DNA of 64,000 bases from Candidatus Velesiimonas alkalicola (GTDB lineage Bacteria > Omnitrophota > Gorgyraeia > Velesiimonadales > Velesiimonadaceae): positions 565-64,564 of the forward strand of contig NDHX01000004.1 in assembly GCA_013626165.1 (NCBI GenBank), in the 5' to 3' direction. Both the position numbers and the translations under genes were made by a program. The notes under the pieces are model-generated. The model ran no database searches. It was not told the DNA's origin and worked only from the letters and a program-made list of their open reading frames with translations. Of the stretch, positions 19,745-29,241 are shown piece by piece (within the stretch, counting starts at the first letter, position 1; each line of letters begins with the position of its first letter).

Positions 19745-21448
19745 ATGGAAAATTTTTTTGAAAAAATGTTGATTAATAATATAAGAAAGCCCGCTCGCTA
19801 TGTAGGAAACGAGTGGAACATAATAAGAAAAAATAATGCTTTTTTGAAGGTTGCACTGTGTTTTCCAGATATATATGAAGTGGGTATGAGCCATCTGGGT
19901 TTAAAGATTTTATATAGCATAGGAAATCTGAACTCTGATATATCCTGCGAAAGAGTGTTTGCACCCTGGCCGGATATGGAAGAGCTTATGAGAAAAGAGG
20001 GTGTAAAACTATATTCACTTGAAACATATACCCCTGTAAAGGATTTTGATATAGTCGGTTTTTCATATCAGTATGAGATGCTTGCTACAAATATCTTAAA
20101 TATGCTTGAACTTTCAGGTCTAAATATCCGTTCCGATAGAAGACTTGAAAAAGATCCTGTTATTATTGCAGGAGGCTCAGCCGTATACAATCCTTGTCCT
20201 ATTTCAAGGTTCATAGATGCTTTTGTAATCGGAGATGGCGAGATAGTATTTGAAAAAATATTAAAATTATTCTATCAATTAAAAAAACAGGGATTTTCAA
20301 AAAAAGCAGCCCTGGAAGAATTATCAAAAGTATCTGGTGTTTATGTTCCTTGTTTGCATAATACCGATACTGTTGCCATAGTTGCACAAAAGGTTGATAG
20401 CCTTGATGATGTTTTTTTCCCCACCTCTGTTGTTGTTCCGAACATATGTATTGTTCACGATAGAATTGCAATTGAGATTATGAGAGGATGCACCGGCGGA
20501 TGCAGATTCTGTCAGGCTGGTTTTGTGAATAGACCAAGAAGAGAAAGGTCTGTGGAAAAAATTATTCAGCTTGCAGAAGACTTATACCATACCACAGGTT
20601 ATGAAGAAATTTCGCTTCTTTCACTTTCGTCAGGATGCTACAGCTCTTCATACGGCCTTCTTCAAAAAATGATAGAGAAATTTAAAACCCTCGGCGTTGG
20701 AATATCTTTCCCGTCTCTTTGTATAGATAAGACTGTGCAGAAATTTCCCTCTCTTTTGAAGGAGATTTATAAAACAGGGCTTACATTTGCACCAGAGGTA
20801 GGAACAGACAGAATGAGGAGGGTTATAAACAAAGATATAAATGAACAGGTTTTGTTAGACTGCGTGGCATCTGCATATAAACAGGGCTGGGGGAAAATTA
20901 AACTGTATTTTATGATTGGACTTCCAACAGAAACAGATGAAGATGTGGAAAAAATTGCAGAGATTTCTCTAAAAGTTTCAAGAGAAGGAAAAAAAATTGC
21001 AAGGCAATCTACGAATGTTACAATAAGCGTTTCAACATTTGTTCCAAAATCTCATACACCGTTTCAGTGGGAAAAGATGTGTTCAGAAGAACAGATATAC
21101 CATAAAATAGACATCATACAGAAAAAATTAGTCGGAAGCAGAATAAAGACTGATTTCCATAATCCAAAGACAAGCATTCTTGAGGCTCTCATAGCCAGAG
21201 GCAATGAAAAGATTGCGGATGTAATTGAATGGGCATGGAAAAATGGCGCCAGATTTGATGCATGGAATGAACATTTTAAGCAGGACATCTGGGATATAGC
21301 ACTTAAAAAAAATGGGATTGATGTAGAAAGATGTTTATGTGAAAAAAACCTGGATGAAAAACTTCCGTGGGATTTTATTGACATTGGAATAAAAAAAGAA
21401 CATCTTATGGACATAAACCGTAGTATCGTCAGAACAGGTAATTATTGA
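19745..21448 (+). CDS. Radical SAM protein with N-terminal B12-binding-like domain (uncharacterised family)
   Basis: CTGGCRFC (CX3CX2C) radical-SAM cluster motif. 567 aa. Directly follows rodA with a 1-nt gap. Confidence 0.75.
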   Translation: MENFFEKMLINNIRKPARYVGNEWNIIRKNNAFLKVALCFPDIYEVGMSHLGLKILYSIGNLNSDISCERVFAPWPDMEELMRKEGVKLYSLETYTPVKDFDIVGFSYQYEMLATNILNMLELSGLNIRSDRRLEKDPVIIAGGSAVYNPCPISRFIDAFVIGDGEIVFEKILKLFYQLKKQGFSKKAALEELSKVSGVYVPCLHNTDTVAIVAQKVDSLDDVFFPTSVVVPNICIVHDRIAIEIMRGCTGGCRFCQAGFVNRPRRERSVEKIIQLAEDLYHTTGYEEISLLSLSSGCYSSSYGLLQKMIEKFKTLGVGISFPSLCIDKTVQKFPSLLKEIYKTGLTFAPEVGTDRMRRVINKDINEQVLLDCVASAYKQGWGKIKLYFMIGLPTETDEDVEKIAEISLKVSREGKKIARQSTNVTISVSTFVPKSHTPFQWEKMCSEEQIYHKIDIIQKKLVGSRIKTDFHNPKTSILEALIARGNEKIADVIEWAWKNGARFDAWNEHFKQDIWDIALKKNGIDVERCLCEKNLDEKLPWDFIDIGIKKEHLMDINRSIVRTGNY

Positions 21449-21681
21449 CCTTTGCATAAAAATATAAATAGGGTCAACTCTATTTTCTCTAAAAAACCAA
21501 TGTAGTATTATTAAAAAAGAAAATAGAGTTGACCCCATTTATCCCATTTATCGCTGAAGATATTTTTCCATTATTTATGCAAAGGTAATTAAAAGCCATC
21601 GTTTGTGTACCGTATTTCGTATATCGTAAAAAAATAGAATACGGAACACAGGCGAAGGCGTGCAGGTGACGGAACATCAGT

Positions 21682-21966
21682 ATGATAGATAAAAAAACAG
21701 TTTTAAGCGTGGCAGGTCTTGCAAGGCTTTCTTTAAAAGAAGAAGAGATTAATTTATATCAAAGACAATTAGCAGATGTATTATCATATATAGATAAACT
21801 GAATCAATTGGATGTAAGAGATGTTGAACCGACTTTCCATGCAATATCTGTTGAAAATGTTTTAAGGGAAGACAAATTGCAAGAAAGTCTTTCTGTTGAA
21901 AATGTACTATCAAATGCACCATCAAAAGAAAGAGGGTGTTTTAAGGTTCCTAAAATTATATCTTAA
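21682..21966 (+). CDS. gatC: Asp/Glu-tRNA(Asn/Gln) amidotransferase subunit C
   Basis: 94 aa; VAGLARLSLKEEEI...LDVRDVEPT typical GatC. Confidence 0.85.
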   Translation: MIDKKTVLSVAGLARLSLKEEEINLYQRQLADVLSYIDKLNQLDVRDVEPTFHAISVENVLREDKLQESLSVENVLSNAPSKERGCFKVPKIIS

Positions 21967-21977
21967 GGGCAAAGTAA

Positions 21978-23408
21978 ATGAAACCTGAATTTAGAACAAT
22001 AAAACAGATAAAAAATGACAAAGAAAAATCTTGCGTTTTAATTAAAAAAATGTCAGAAATTATAAAACAGAATGACATAAATATAGGGGCATATGTTCAT
22101 TTAAGTTTAGAATCTGCGCTTCTGTGTGCAAGGGTCGCTCCGAAAGATAAAACTCTATCCGGTATACCTGTTGCGATAAAAGATAATATATGTGAACAGG
22201 GCATTCCCACCTGTTGTGCATCAAAAATACTTGAAGGTTTTAAGCCTCCCTATAATGCGACTGTTATAAAGAAGTTAAAAGAAGCGGGTGCAATTCCGTT
22301 TGGGAAAACCAATATGGATGAGTTTGCGTTCGGCTCATCTACAGAAACCTCTTTTTATAAAATTACAAAAAATCCCTGGGATAAAACAAGGGTTCCCGGT
22401 GGTTCATCCGGTGGGTCTGCTGCTGCTGTTGCATCGGGAGAGGCAGTCTGTGCACTCGGTTCAGATACAGGAGGTTCTATCAGGCAGCCTGCATCATTTT
22501 GCGGTGTAGTTGGATTGAAGCCCACATATGGAAGGGTATCAAGATACGGACTTATTGCATTTGCATCTGGGCTTGACCAGATTGGGCCCATAACAAGAAC
22601 TGTTGAGGACTCTGCAATGCTCCTTCAGACAATTGCAGGGTACGATCCAAAAGATTCTACAAGTGTAGACATTCCGGTTCCGGATTATTCAAAGAGCTTA
22701 ATACAAAGCGTAAAAGGCTTAAAAATAGGTGTGCCCGAAGAATGTTTTGCTCAAGGACTTGATAAAGAAATTGAAGATTCTGTTAAAGAAGCAATAAACC
22801 TTTTACAAAAACTTGGTGGTAAAATTATCAAGATACAACTTCCGCATATGGAATATTCAGTTGCAACATATTGTATCATTGCAACTGCTGAAGCAAGTTC
22901 AAACCTTGCCCGATTTGATGCGGTAAGATATGGCTACAGGGCAGAAGAACCCGAGGGCTTAGGCGCCATTGAGATGGTTTCAAAAAGTAGAAGCATCGGT
23001 TTCGGCAGTGAGACAAAAAGAAGAATACTTCTGGGAACATATGTTCTTTCAAGCGGATATTATGAAGCATATTATATTAAGGCTCAGAAGGTAAGAACAC
23101 TTATAAAGGAGGATTTTGAAGATGCATTTAAGGTATGCGATTGTATAATTATGCCTACCTCTCCCACACCTGCATTTAAAATAGGAGAGAAAATAAAGGA
23201 CCCTCTTTCAATGTATCTTTCTGATATATTTACTATCTCAATAAATTTGGCGGGCCTTCCTGCGATCTCTGTTCCTTGTGGATTTACTTCTTCAGGACTT
23301 CCCATTGGTATGCAGATCATAGGCAGGGCATTTGATGAGGAGATGTTGTTTAAGATAGGCTTTGCATACCAGTCTAATACCAGGTGGCATACCATGAAAC
23401 CGGAATAA
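21978..23408 (+). CDS. gatA: Glu-tRNA(Gln) amidotransferase subunit A (amidase)
   Basis: Amidase signature [13 protein letters not shown]; KDNI..; [12 protein letters not shown]. The true start may be the internal MSEII. Confidence 0.9.
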   Translation: MKPEFRTIKQIKNDKEKSCVLIKKMSEIIKQNDINIGAYVHLSLESALLCARVAPKDKTLSGIPVAIKDNICEQGIPTCCASKILEGFKPPYNATVIKKLKEAGAIPFGKTNMDEFAFGSSTETSFYKITKNPWDKTRVPGGSSGGSAAAVASGEAVCALGSDTGGSIRQPASFCGVVGLKPTYGRVSRYGLIAFASGLDQIGPITRTVEDSAMLLQTIAGYDPKDSTSVDIPVPDYSKSLIQSVKGLKIGVPEECFAQGLDKEIEDSVKEAINLLQKLGGKIIKIQLPHMEYSVATYCIIATAEASSNLARFDAVRYGYRAEEPEGLGAIEMVSKSRSIGFGSETKRRILLGTYVLSSGYYEAYYIKAQKVRTLIKEDFEDAFKVCDCIIMPTSPTPAFKIGEKIKDPLSMYLSDIFTISINLAGLPAISVPCGFTSSGLPIGMQIIGRAFDEEMLFKIGFAYQSNTRWHTMKPE

Positions 23409-23609
23409 AAAACAATTAACTGGTAATAGATACAAAATAAAGGGATGATGTGTTAGTTAAAAAATAAGAGTGGACTGTTTTTGCAGGTATAAAATCATTA
23501 CCCTGTTCTGAAAATTCAATTGTAGGGCAAATATGACGCTCTTTTTTCCGTTATTCCCACCCCCCACCCTTTAAGAAATTTTTTCGGCAAGGGTCTTTCA
23601 AAAATTTTT

Positions 23610-23638
23610 CTTGACTTTTCTTTCTTATTTCTGTATAA
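23610..23638 (+). promoter_or_regulatory. Consensus sigma70-type promoter driving the R-M island
   Basis: TTGACT – 17 nt – TATAAT, a perfect -35/-10 with ideal spacing, ~55 nt upstream of the HTH gene start. Confidence 0.5.
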
Positions 23639-23691
23639 TAATTAAGACAAAAGAGGATAGAAATGGATTTTAACATACAATTTTTATAAAT

Positions 23692-23895
23692 ATGAAAAAG
23701 AACAAAGCACCTGAAATATTGACTACTAAACAACTGGCTGAATATCTACAAATGGATAAAGCAACTGTCTATCGCCTCGCAAGAAAAAGAAAAATCCCTG
23801 CCATCAAAATCTTGGGTCAGTGGCGGTTTAAAAAAGATGTAATTGATAATTGGCTTGCTGAAGGAAGTTTAAAAAATTTTGATAAAATGGAGTGA
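23692..23895 (+). CDS. Excisionase/MerR-type helix-turn-helix DNA-binding protein
   Basis: 67 aa. LTTKQLAEYLQMDKATVYRLARKRKIPAIKILGQWRF is the HTH_17 / excisionase-family signature. Its stop overlaps the mod start. Confidence 0.7.
   Translation: MKKNKAPEILTTKQLAEYLQMDKATVYRLARKRKIPAIKILGQWRFKKDVIDNWLAEGSLKNFDKME
23698..23823. repeat. Left copy of a ~125-bp inverted repeat (5' part of the HTH gene)
   Basis: Near-identical, apart from a few mismatches, to the reverse complement of 29100–29225. Confidence 0.85.
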
Positions 23896-25822
23896 AAAGA
23901 TGAGTGAAAAAATTAATAAGTCGGTGAAGATAGATATTAAGGAAGGATTAAATAAAATTTATCCTGAAGTATTTGAGGATGGTAAAGTTAATTTTGAGAA
24001 GTTGAAGACATTGTTAAGTGGCGAAATCATTGAAAAGGAAGATGATAGGTTTTATTTTAACTGGGCTGGGAAAAGCAATTTATTTAAACTTATCCAAGCA
24101 CCTGCTTATGGAACTTTAAAACCAGATAAAGAGAAGTCAGTTGATTTTGATAGGACAGAAAATGTTGTAATTGTTGGTGAAAATTTAGAGACACTTAAAC
24201 TTTTGCTTAAACCATATTTTGGTAAAGTCAAGATGATTTATATTGACCCGCCTTATAACACAGGTAAAGATTTTATTTATCGTGATAATTTTAAGGAACC
24301 ATTAAAAGACTACTTAGAAAAAACAGGACAGATTGACAGTGAAGGGCAAAAACTCACTACGAATACAGAAGCAAGTGGTAGATACCATTCTGACTGGCTC
24401 AATTTTATCTATCCGAGATTATTTTTAGCAAGAAGTTTATTAAGAGATGATGGAGTTATTTTTATCTCAATTGATGACCACGAGGTTCACAACTTACGAA
24501 AAATTATTGATGAGATTTTTGGGGAGGAGAATGTAGAAATGATGATTTGGTATAAAATTCCTGAAACAGGAACAGCAGGGCAAGGGAAAATGAAAATGAC
24601 AACACGATTTAGAGTGGACAATGAATATATTTTAGTGGGATATAAAAATATAAATAAGATTCTATTTGGTAAGCCTTTAAGAATTAAGGAATTCAAAAAT
24701 GAATATGCTAATCCTGATAATGACCTTCGGGGGAATTGGATAAGTTGTGAATTATGTAAGTCTGAAGAAAAATCAAACCCTAAAGGTAAAAATTATTACA
24801 CTGTTACAACTCCAAAAGGGATAAATATAACGAGACAGTGGCATATAACAGAAGAAGAATTTAAACAATTGGATGGAGATAATAGAATATATTGGGGTGA
24901 CGGTACAATTATACCAAGATTGAAAAGATTTTTAAATGAACCACAGCCTGTAACTCCTTCTTCCTTAATTAAAAATATTTCCCAGACACAAGGTAATAGA
25001 GAATTGAAAAATTTATTCAACGGTAAATTAACATATGACAATCCCAAACCTCTTGAACTTATATCATGGTTGATTGAAATTTCTACTTCCTCAGATTCCC
25101 TCATCCTCGACTTCTTCGCCGGTTCAGGCACAACAGGACACGCTGTCTGGAACTTAAACAAAGAAGATGGAGGCAACAGAAAATTTATTCTTGTTCAACT
25201 TGATGAAGAAGTTTTAGATGAAGAAATTAAAAAACAGTTTCCAACTGTTGCAGATATCTGTATTGAAAGATTAAGGAGAGTATCAGAAAGGTATAAGAAA
25301 GAGAACACCCCGTCCCTGCGGGACACCCCTCTGAAAGAGGGGAATTCCCCTTCTATGAAGGGGTGGCAGGCGAAGCCTGACGGGGTAGTGTTTGGGTTCA
25401 AGGTCTTCAAACTTGATAAATCAAACTTCAATCTTAAAGATGAATTTGAATTTGACCCAAGTGAAAATAAAGAAGAGTTAAAAAAGAGATATTTAGAGTG
25501 GCTTGGTATGTTTGTTGAACAACCATTAGTTCCTAACTGGCAAAAGATTGATGTTATTTATGAAGTAATGCTGAAAGAAGGATTAAATCTAAACTCTAAA
25601 ATTGAAAAGATAAAGATTAAAAACGACGAATTTTATTATGTTAAGGATGAAGAACAAAACTTAGATTTTTATATCTCTCTTAAAGACAAATTTACTCCTG
25701 AGACCATAGAAGAAATAAGAACTTCAAAATATAAAGGAAAAATGTTTGTCTTTATAGACAAAGCATTAACAGATAACAACAAAATAAATTTGAGTGCTTT
25801 TGTGAGATTAAAGGTGATATAA
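23879..25822 (+). CDS. mod: Type III R-M system methyltransferase (Mod), N6-adenine
   Basis: DPPY motif IV; FAGSGTTG SAM-binding motif; ~640 aa; upstream of res. Carries a ~95-bp GC-rich palindromic in-frame segment (25305–25400). Confidence 0.85.
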   Translation: MIKWSEKMSEKINKSVKIDIKEGLNKIYPEVFEDGKVNFEKLKTLLSGEIIEKEDDRFYFNWAGKSNLFKLIQAPAYGTLKPDKEKSVDFDRTENVVIVGENLETLKLLLKPYFGKVKMIYIDPPYNTGKDFIYRDNFKEPLKDYLEKTGQIDSEGQKLTTNTEASGRYHSDWLNFIYPRLFLARSLLRDDGVIFISIDDHEVHNLRKIIDEIFGEENVEMMIWYKIPETGTAGQGKMKMTTRFRVDNEYILVGYKNINKILFGKPLRIKEFKNEYANPDNDLRGNWISCELCKSEEKSNPKGKNYYTVTTPKGINITRQWHITEEEFKQLDGDNRIYWGDGTIIPRLKRFLNEPQPVTPSSLIKNISQTQGNRELKNLFNGKLTYDNPKPLELISWLIEISTSSDSLILDFFAGSGTTGHAVWNLNKEDGGNRKFILVQLDEEVLDEEIKKQFPTVADICIERLRRVSERYKKENTPSLRDTPLKEGNSPSMKGWQAKPDGVVFGFKVFKLDKSNFNLKDEFEFDPSENKEELKKRYLEWLGMFVEQPLVPNWQKIDVIYEVMLKEGLNLNSKIEKIKIKNDEFYYVKDEEQNLDFYISLKDKFTPETIEEIRTSKYKGKMFVFIDKALTDNNKINLSAFVRLKVI

Positions 25823-25842
25823 ACAATGGAGATGATGTAGAT

Positions 25843-26133
25843 ATGAAGAATTTAGAAGAATTAAAAAGAATTATTAACCTGCATAAAAGAGAACTTGAAG
25901 AAAAATATAATGTAAAAAATATAGCCATATTTGGTTCTTATGTGAGAAACGAACAAGGTGCAGAAAGTGATATAGATATACTGGTTGAATTTAAGAAACC
26001 AGTAGGTTTACTTTTCATCCATCTTGCAGATTATCTGGAAGAAATCTTAGGCATTAAAGTTGACCTGTTAACACCCGAGGCTATAAAACCAAATCGCCGA
26101 AGATATGTAATGGAGGAATTGATCTATGTCTAA
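25843..26133 (+). CDS. Nucleotidyltransferase (MNT-type antitoxin)
   Basis: IAIFGSYVRNEQGAESDIDILVEF is the minimal NTase GS..DxD motif. Confidence 0.85.
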   Translation: MKNLEELKRIINLHKRELEEKYNVKNIAIFGSYVRNEQGAESDIDILVEFKKPVGLLFIHLADYLEEILGIKVDLLTPEAIKPNRRRYVMEELIYV

Positions 26134-26473
26134 AAGGGACTGGAAACTTTTTCTTGAAGATGTTTTGGAATCAATGGGTTTAATAGAGGGATATGTGAAA
26201 GATATGAATTTTGATAATTTCAAAAGCGACAGAAAAACAATTGACGCGGTTATCAGAAACCTTGAGATAATAGGAGAAGCCTCAAAAAATATTCCGCAAA
26301 ATATGAGAGATGCTTACAAGGATATTGATTGGAAAGGCATTATTGGCTTAAGAAATAGAATATCTCATGAGTATTTTGGTATAGATTTTTCTGTTATATG
26401 GAACATTATTAAACTTGAACTTCCTGCATTTAAAGAAAAATTTCAAAGGATACAGAAAGAAATTGAGCCATAA
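26126..26473 (+). CDS. HEPN (DUF86-type) toxin
   Basis: GLRNRISHEY carries the Rx4HxY HEPN motif. An 8-bp overlap with the upstream MNT gene gives a classic HEPN/MNT pair. Confidence 0.8.
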   Translation: MSKRDWKLFLEDVLESMGLIEGYVKDMNFDNFKSDRKTIDAVIRNLEIIGEASKNIPQNMRDAYKDIDWKGIIGLRNRISHEYFGIDFSVIWNIIKLELPAFKEKFQRIQKEIEP

Positions 26474-26474
26474 A

Positions 26475-29063
26475 ATGTTAAAGTTAAAATTTGATTCAAA
26501 ATTAGATTTCCAGATTGATGCAATAAATTCTGTTGTTGATTTATTTAAAGGTCAGAGGGAGAAGTCATTTGTTTATACATTCCAGATTATTCCTAATTTA
26601 ATAGATATACCTTCAGAAAAAATCCTTGAAAATCTACAAGAGACTCAAAAGAAAAATGGACTTCCATTATCTAACGCAGACGATTTGAAAGAACCTTATA
26701 ATTTTACTGTTGAAATGGAGACGGGAACTGGAAAGACCTATGTATATCTAAGGACAATCTTAGAATTAAATCAGAAATACGGATGGACAAAGTTCATTAT
26801 TGTAGTTCCATCGGTTGCTATAAAAGAAGGAGTTTTAAAAACTTTGGATATTACGAAAGAACATTTTAAACAGTTGTGTGAGAATTTACCTTATACCTAT
26901 TTTTCTTATAAATCGGACAATCTCGTAATGGTTCGGATGTTTGGTCAAGATACCAACCTTCAGGTTATGGTTATTACAAGAGATGCCTTTAATAAGGATA
27001 TAAATATAATCCATAATATTCACGATAAAATGGGAGATAAACCAATTGAGATTATCAAAGAGACAAAACCCATCGTTATTCTTGACGAGCCTCAAAAGAT
27101 GGGCGGAGAAGCAACTTTGTGGGGTTTATCTGAGTTGAATCCACTTTTTGTATTACGCTACTCTGCAACCCACAGAGATATTTATAATCTTGTTTATAAA
27201 TTAACTCCTTATGATGCGTATAATTTCGGATTAGTTAAAAAAATAGAAGTCCTGTCTATTACAGAAGAAGGAGACCCAAGCAGTAAAAAAATTATTTTAG
27301 AAAGAATAGAATCAACATCAAGTGGCTTAAGAGCAAAAGTCAAAGTTTTTGCTAATACAAAAGACGGTATAAAGTTTAAGATGATAACGATTAAACACGG
27401 TGATGATCTATCAAATAAGACAGATAATTCCTATTATAATGGCTTTATCACAAGTGAAATAAACAAAGGTGCAGGGTATATCTCTTTTCCTAATGGTGTG
27501 AAAATTTACGAAGGAAAATCTTCAATAGATGAAGATGAGATAATTCGTTTTATGGTAAGGGAAACGGTAAGGGAGCATTTAGACAAAAAGAAACAATTAA
27601 ATCCCAAAGGGATTAAAGTGTTAAGTCTGTTTTTTCTAAATAGAGTTGATGATTATCTATTGGAAGATGGGATTGTCCGACGAATTTTTGAAGAAGAGTT
27701 TAACAAATTTATTGAGAATCAATATTCCCCTCTTGTAGAGGGGTGTCCCGAAGGGACGGGGTGTTTTGATGTAAAGAAGGTTCATAGTGGTTATTTTTCA
27801 AAGATGAAAAGGGATAAAAGTATTGAAGAAGATGAGTCAGCATACGATTTGATTATGAAGGATAAAGAGAGATTGCTTTCGTTGGGGGAACCGGTAGAGT
27901 TTATTTTTTCCCATTCTGCTTTGAGAGAGGGCTGGGATAATCCGAATGTATTTAATATTTGCACTCTTGCTTACTCTTCTTCAGAAATTAAAAAGAGACA
28001 GGAAATCGGGAGAGGTTTAAGATTACCAGTTGACCAGAATGGGGATAGAATTCAGGATAGAGATATAAACTTATTGACTGTGATTACAAATGAAAGTTAT
28101 AGGGAATATTTAGAAAGATTACAGATAGAATACCGAGAAGAAGCAGGCGTTGAAGCACCACCTGTTGAAGAAAGAAGGCAAAGGATAAAAATAAAGCGTA
28201 AGGATGAGGTAATTCAAGGAGATTTATTTAAAAATTTATGGAATAGAGTATCTCCGAAAGCAAAGTATATTGTAAATATAGATGGTGGTAAATTCACAGC
28301 GCAATGTATCAAGGATTTACAAAAAATTGAAATAAAAAAGCCAGAAATAAGCATTAAAAAAGTTAGAGTAGATAAAATAAGCTATGAAGACATTGAAGAG
28401 GAATTTATTAGAAAAGCATCGGAAGAAACGGAGATAACCAAAGTCCTTAATCTTATACCCTGCATTGAAAGAGAAACCAGTTTAACTAAAAATACAATAT
28501 TTAAGATATTAGAAGGTTGTAATAATCTTCATCTTTTATTTGTGAATCCTCAAAAATATAAAGATATGGTCATAGAAGTTATTAAAGAGTGTAAAAAACA
28601 ATCTGAAGTTGAGGATATTAAATATATCAATTTGGAAGAAAGTTATGATGTTGGTCTTTTAAGGGAGGAAGTGGCGAGTTATGGTAAATATGTATTAAAA
28701 GTACAAAAATCAATTTATGATGGGATAATTAAAGAATCAAATATAGAAGAAGAGTTTGCTAAGGCACTTAATAAAGACTCCCGGATAAAATTATTCATAA
28801 AACTGCCTGATTGGTATTCAATAGAAACGCCTGCAGGGAATTACACACCTGACTGGGCGATTGTAATAGAAAAAGTTCAGAATGGTGTAACTTCCGAAAA
28901 AATTTACTTTGTAGTTGAAACCAAAGGAACTAATAATATTTATGAATTGAAATCCGATGAAAAAATTAAGATAAGAAGTGCTAAAAAGAGGTTTGAACTT
29001 ATAAGAGACTCAAAATTTGTGGCACCTGTTAAGGATTTTGATAGTTTTGAGAAGGAGTGGTAA
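26475..29063 (+). CDS. res: Type III restriction enzyme Res subunit (SF2 helicase-nuclease)
   Basis: ETGTGKT Walker A; VILDEPQ motif II; GWDNPNVF motif VI. ~860 aa. Start taken at MLKLKF, directly after the HEPN stop. In-frame GC-rich palindrome at 27726–27765. Confidence 0.85.
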   Translation: MLKLKFDSKLDFQIDAINSVVDLFKGQREKSFVYTFQIIPNLIDIPSEKILENLQETQKKNGLPLSNADDLKEPYNFTVEMETGTGKTYVYLRTILELNQKYGWTKFIIVVPSVAIKEGVLKTLDITKEHFKQLCENLPYTYFSYKSDNLVMVRMFGQDTNLQVMVITRDAFNKDINIIHNIHDKMGDKPIEIIKETKPIVILDEPQKMGGEATLWGLSELNPLFVLRYSATHRDIYNLVYKLTPYDAYNFGLVKKIEVLSITEEGDPSSKKIILERIESTSSGLRAKVKVFANTKDGIKFKMITIKHGDDLSNKTDNSYYNGFITSEINKGAGYISFPNGVKIYEGKSSIDEDEIIRFMVRETVREHLDKKKQLNPKGIKVLSLFFLNRVDDYLLEDGIVRRIFEEEFNKFIENQYSPLVEGCPEGTGCFDVKKVHSGYFSKMKRDKSIEEDESAYDLIMKDKERLLSLGEPVEFIFSHSALREGWDNPNVFNICTLAYSSSEIKKRQEIGRGLRLPVDQNGDRIQDRDINLLTVITNESYREYLERLQIEYREEAGVEAPPVEERRQRIKIKRKDEVIQGDLFKNLWNRVSPKAKYIVNIDGGKFTAQCIKDLQKIEIKKPEISIKKVRVDKISYEDIEEEFIRKASEETEITKVLNLIPCIERETSLTKNTIFKILEGCNNLHLLFVNPQKYKDMVIEVIKECKKQSEVEDIKYINLEESYDVGLLREEVASYGKYVLKVQKSIYDGIIKESNIEEEFAKALNKDSRIKLFIKLPDWYSIETPAGNYTPDWAIVIEKVQNGVTSEKIYFVVETKGTNNIYELKSDEKIKIRSAKKRFELIRDSKFVAPVKDFDSFEKEW

Positions 29064-29099
29064 GAGAAACTTTAAATTACCTGATTGTTATAAAAACAG

Positions 29100-29225
29100 C
29101 CACTGACCCAAGATTTTGATGGCAGGGATTTTTCTTTTTCTTGCGAGGCGATAGACAGTTGCCTCATCCATTTGTAGATATTCAGCCATTTGTTTAGTAG
29201 TCAATATTTCAGATGCTTTGTTCTT
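29100..29225. repeat. Right (inverted, degenerate) copy of the HTH-gene 5' segment
   Basis: Reverse complement matches 23698–23823 apart from a few mismatches. Lacks the ATG and diverges after ...GQW, so it is a non-functional partial copy. Confidence 0.85.
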
Positions 29226-29241
29226 TTTTTTATTTGTTGTT

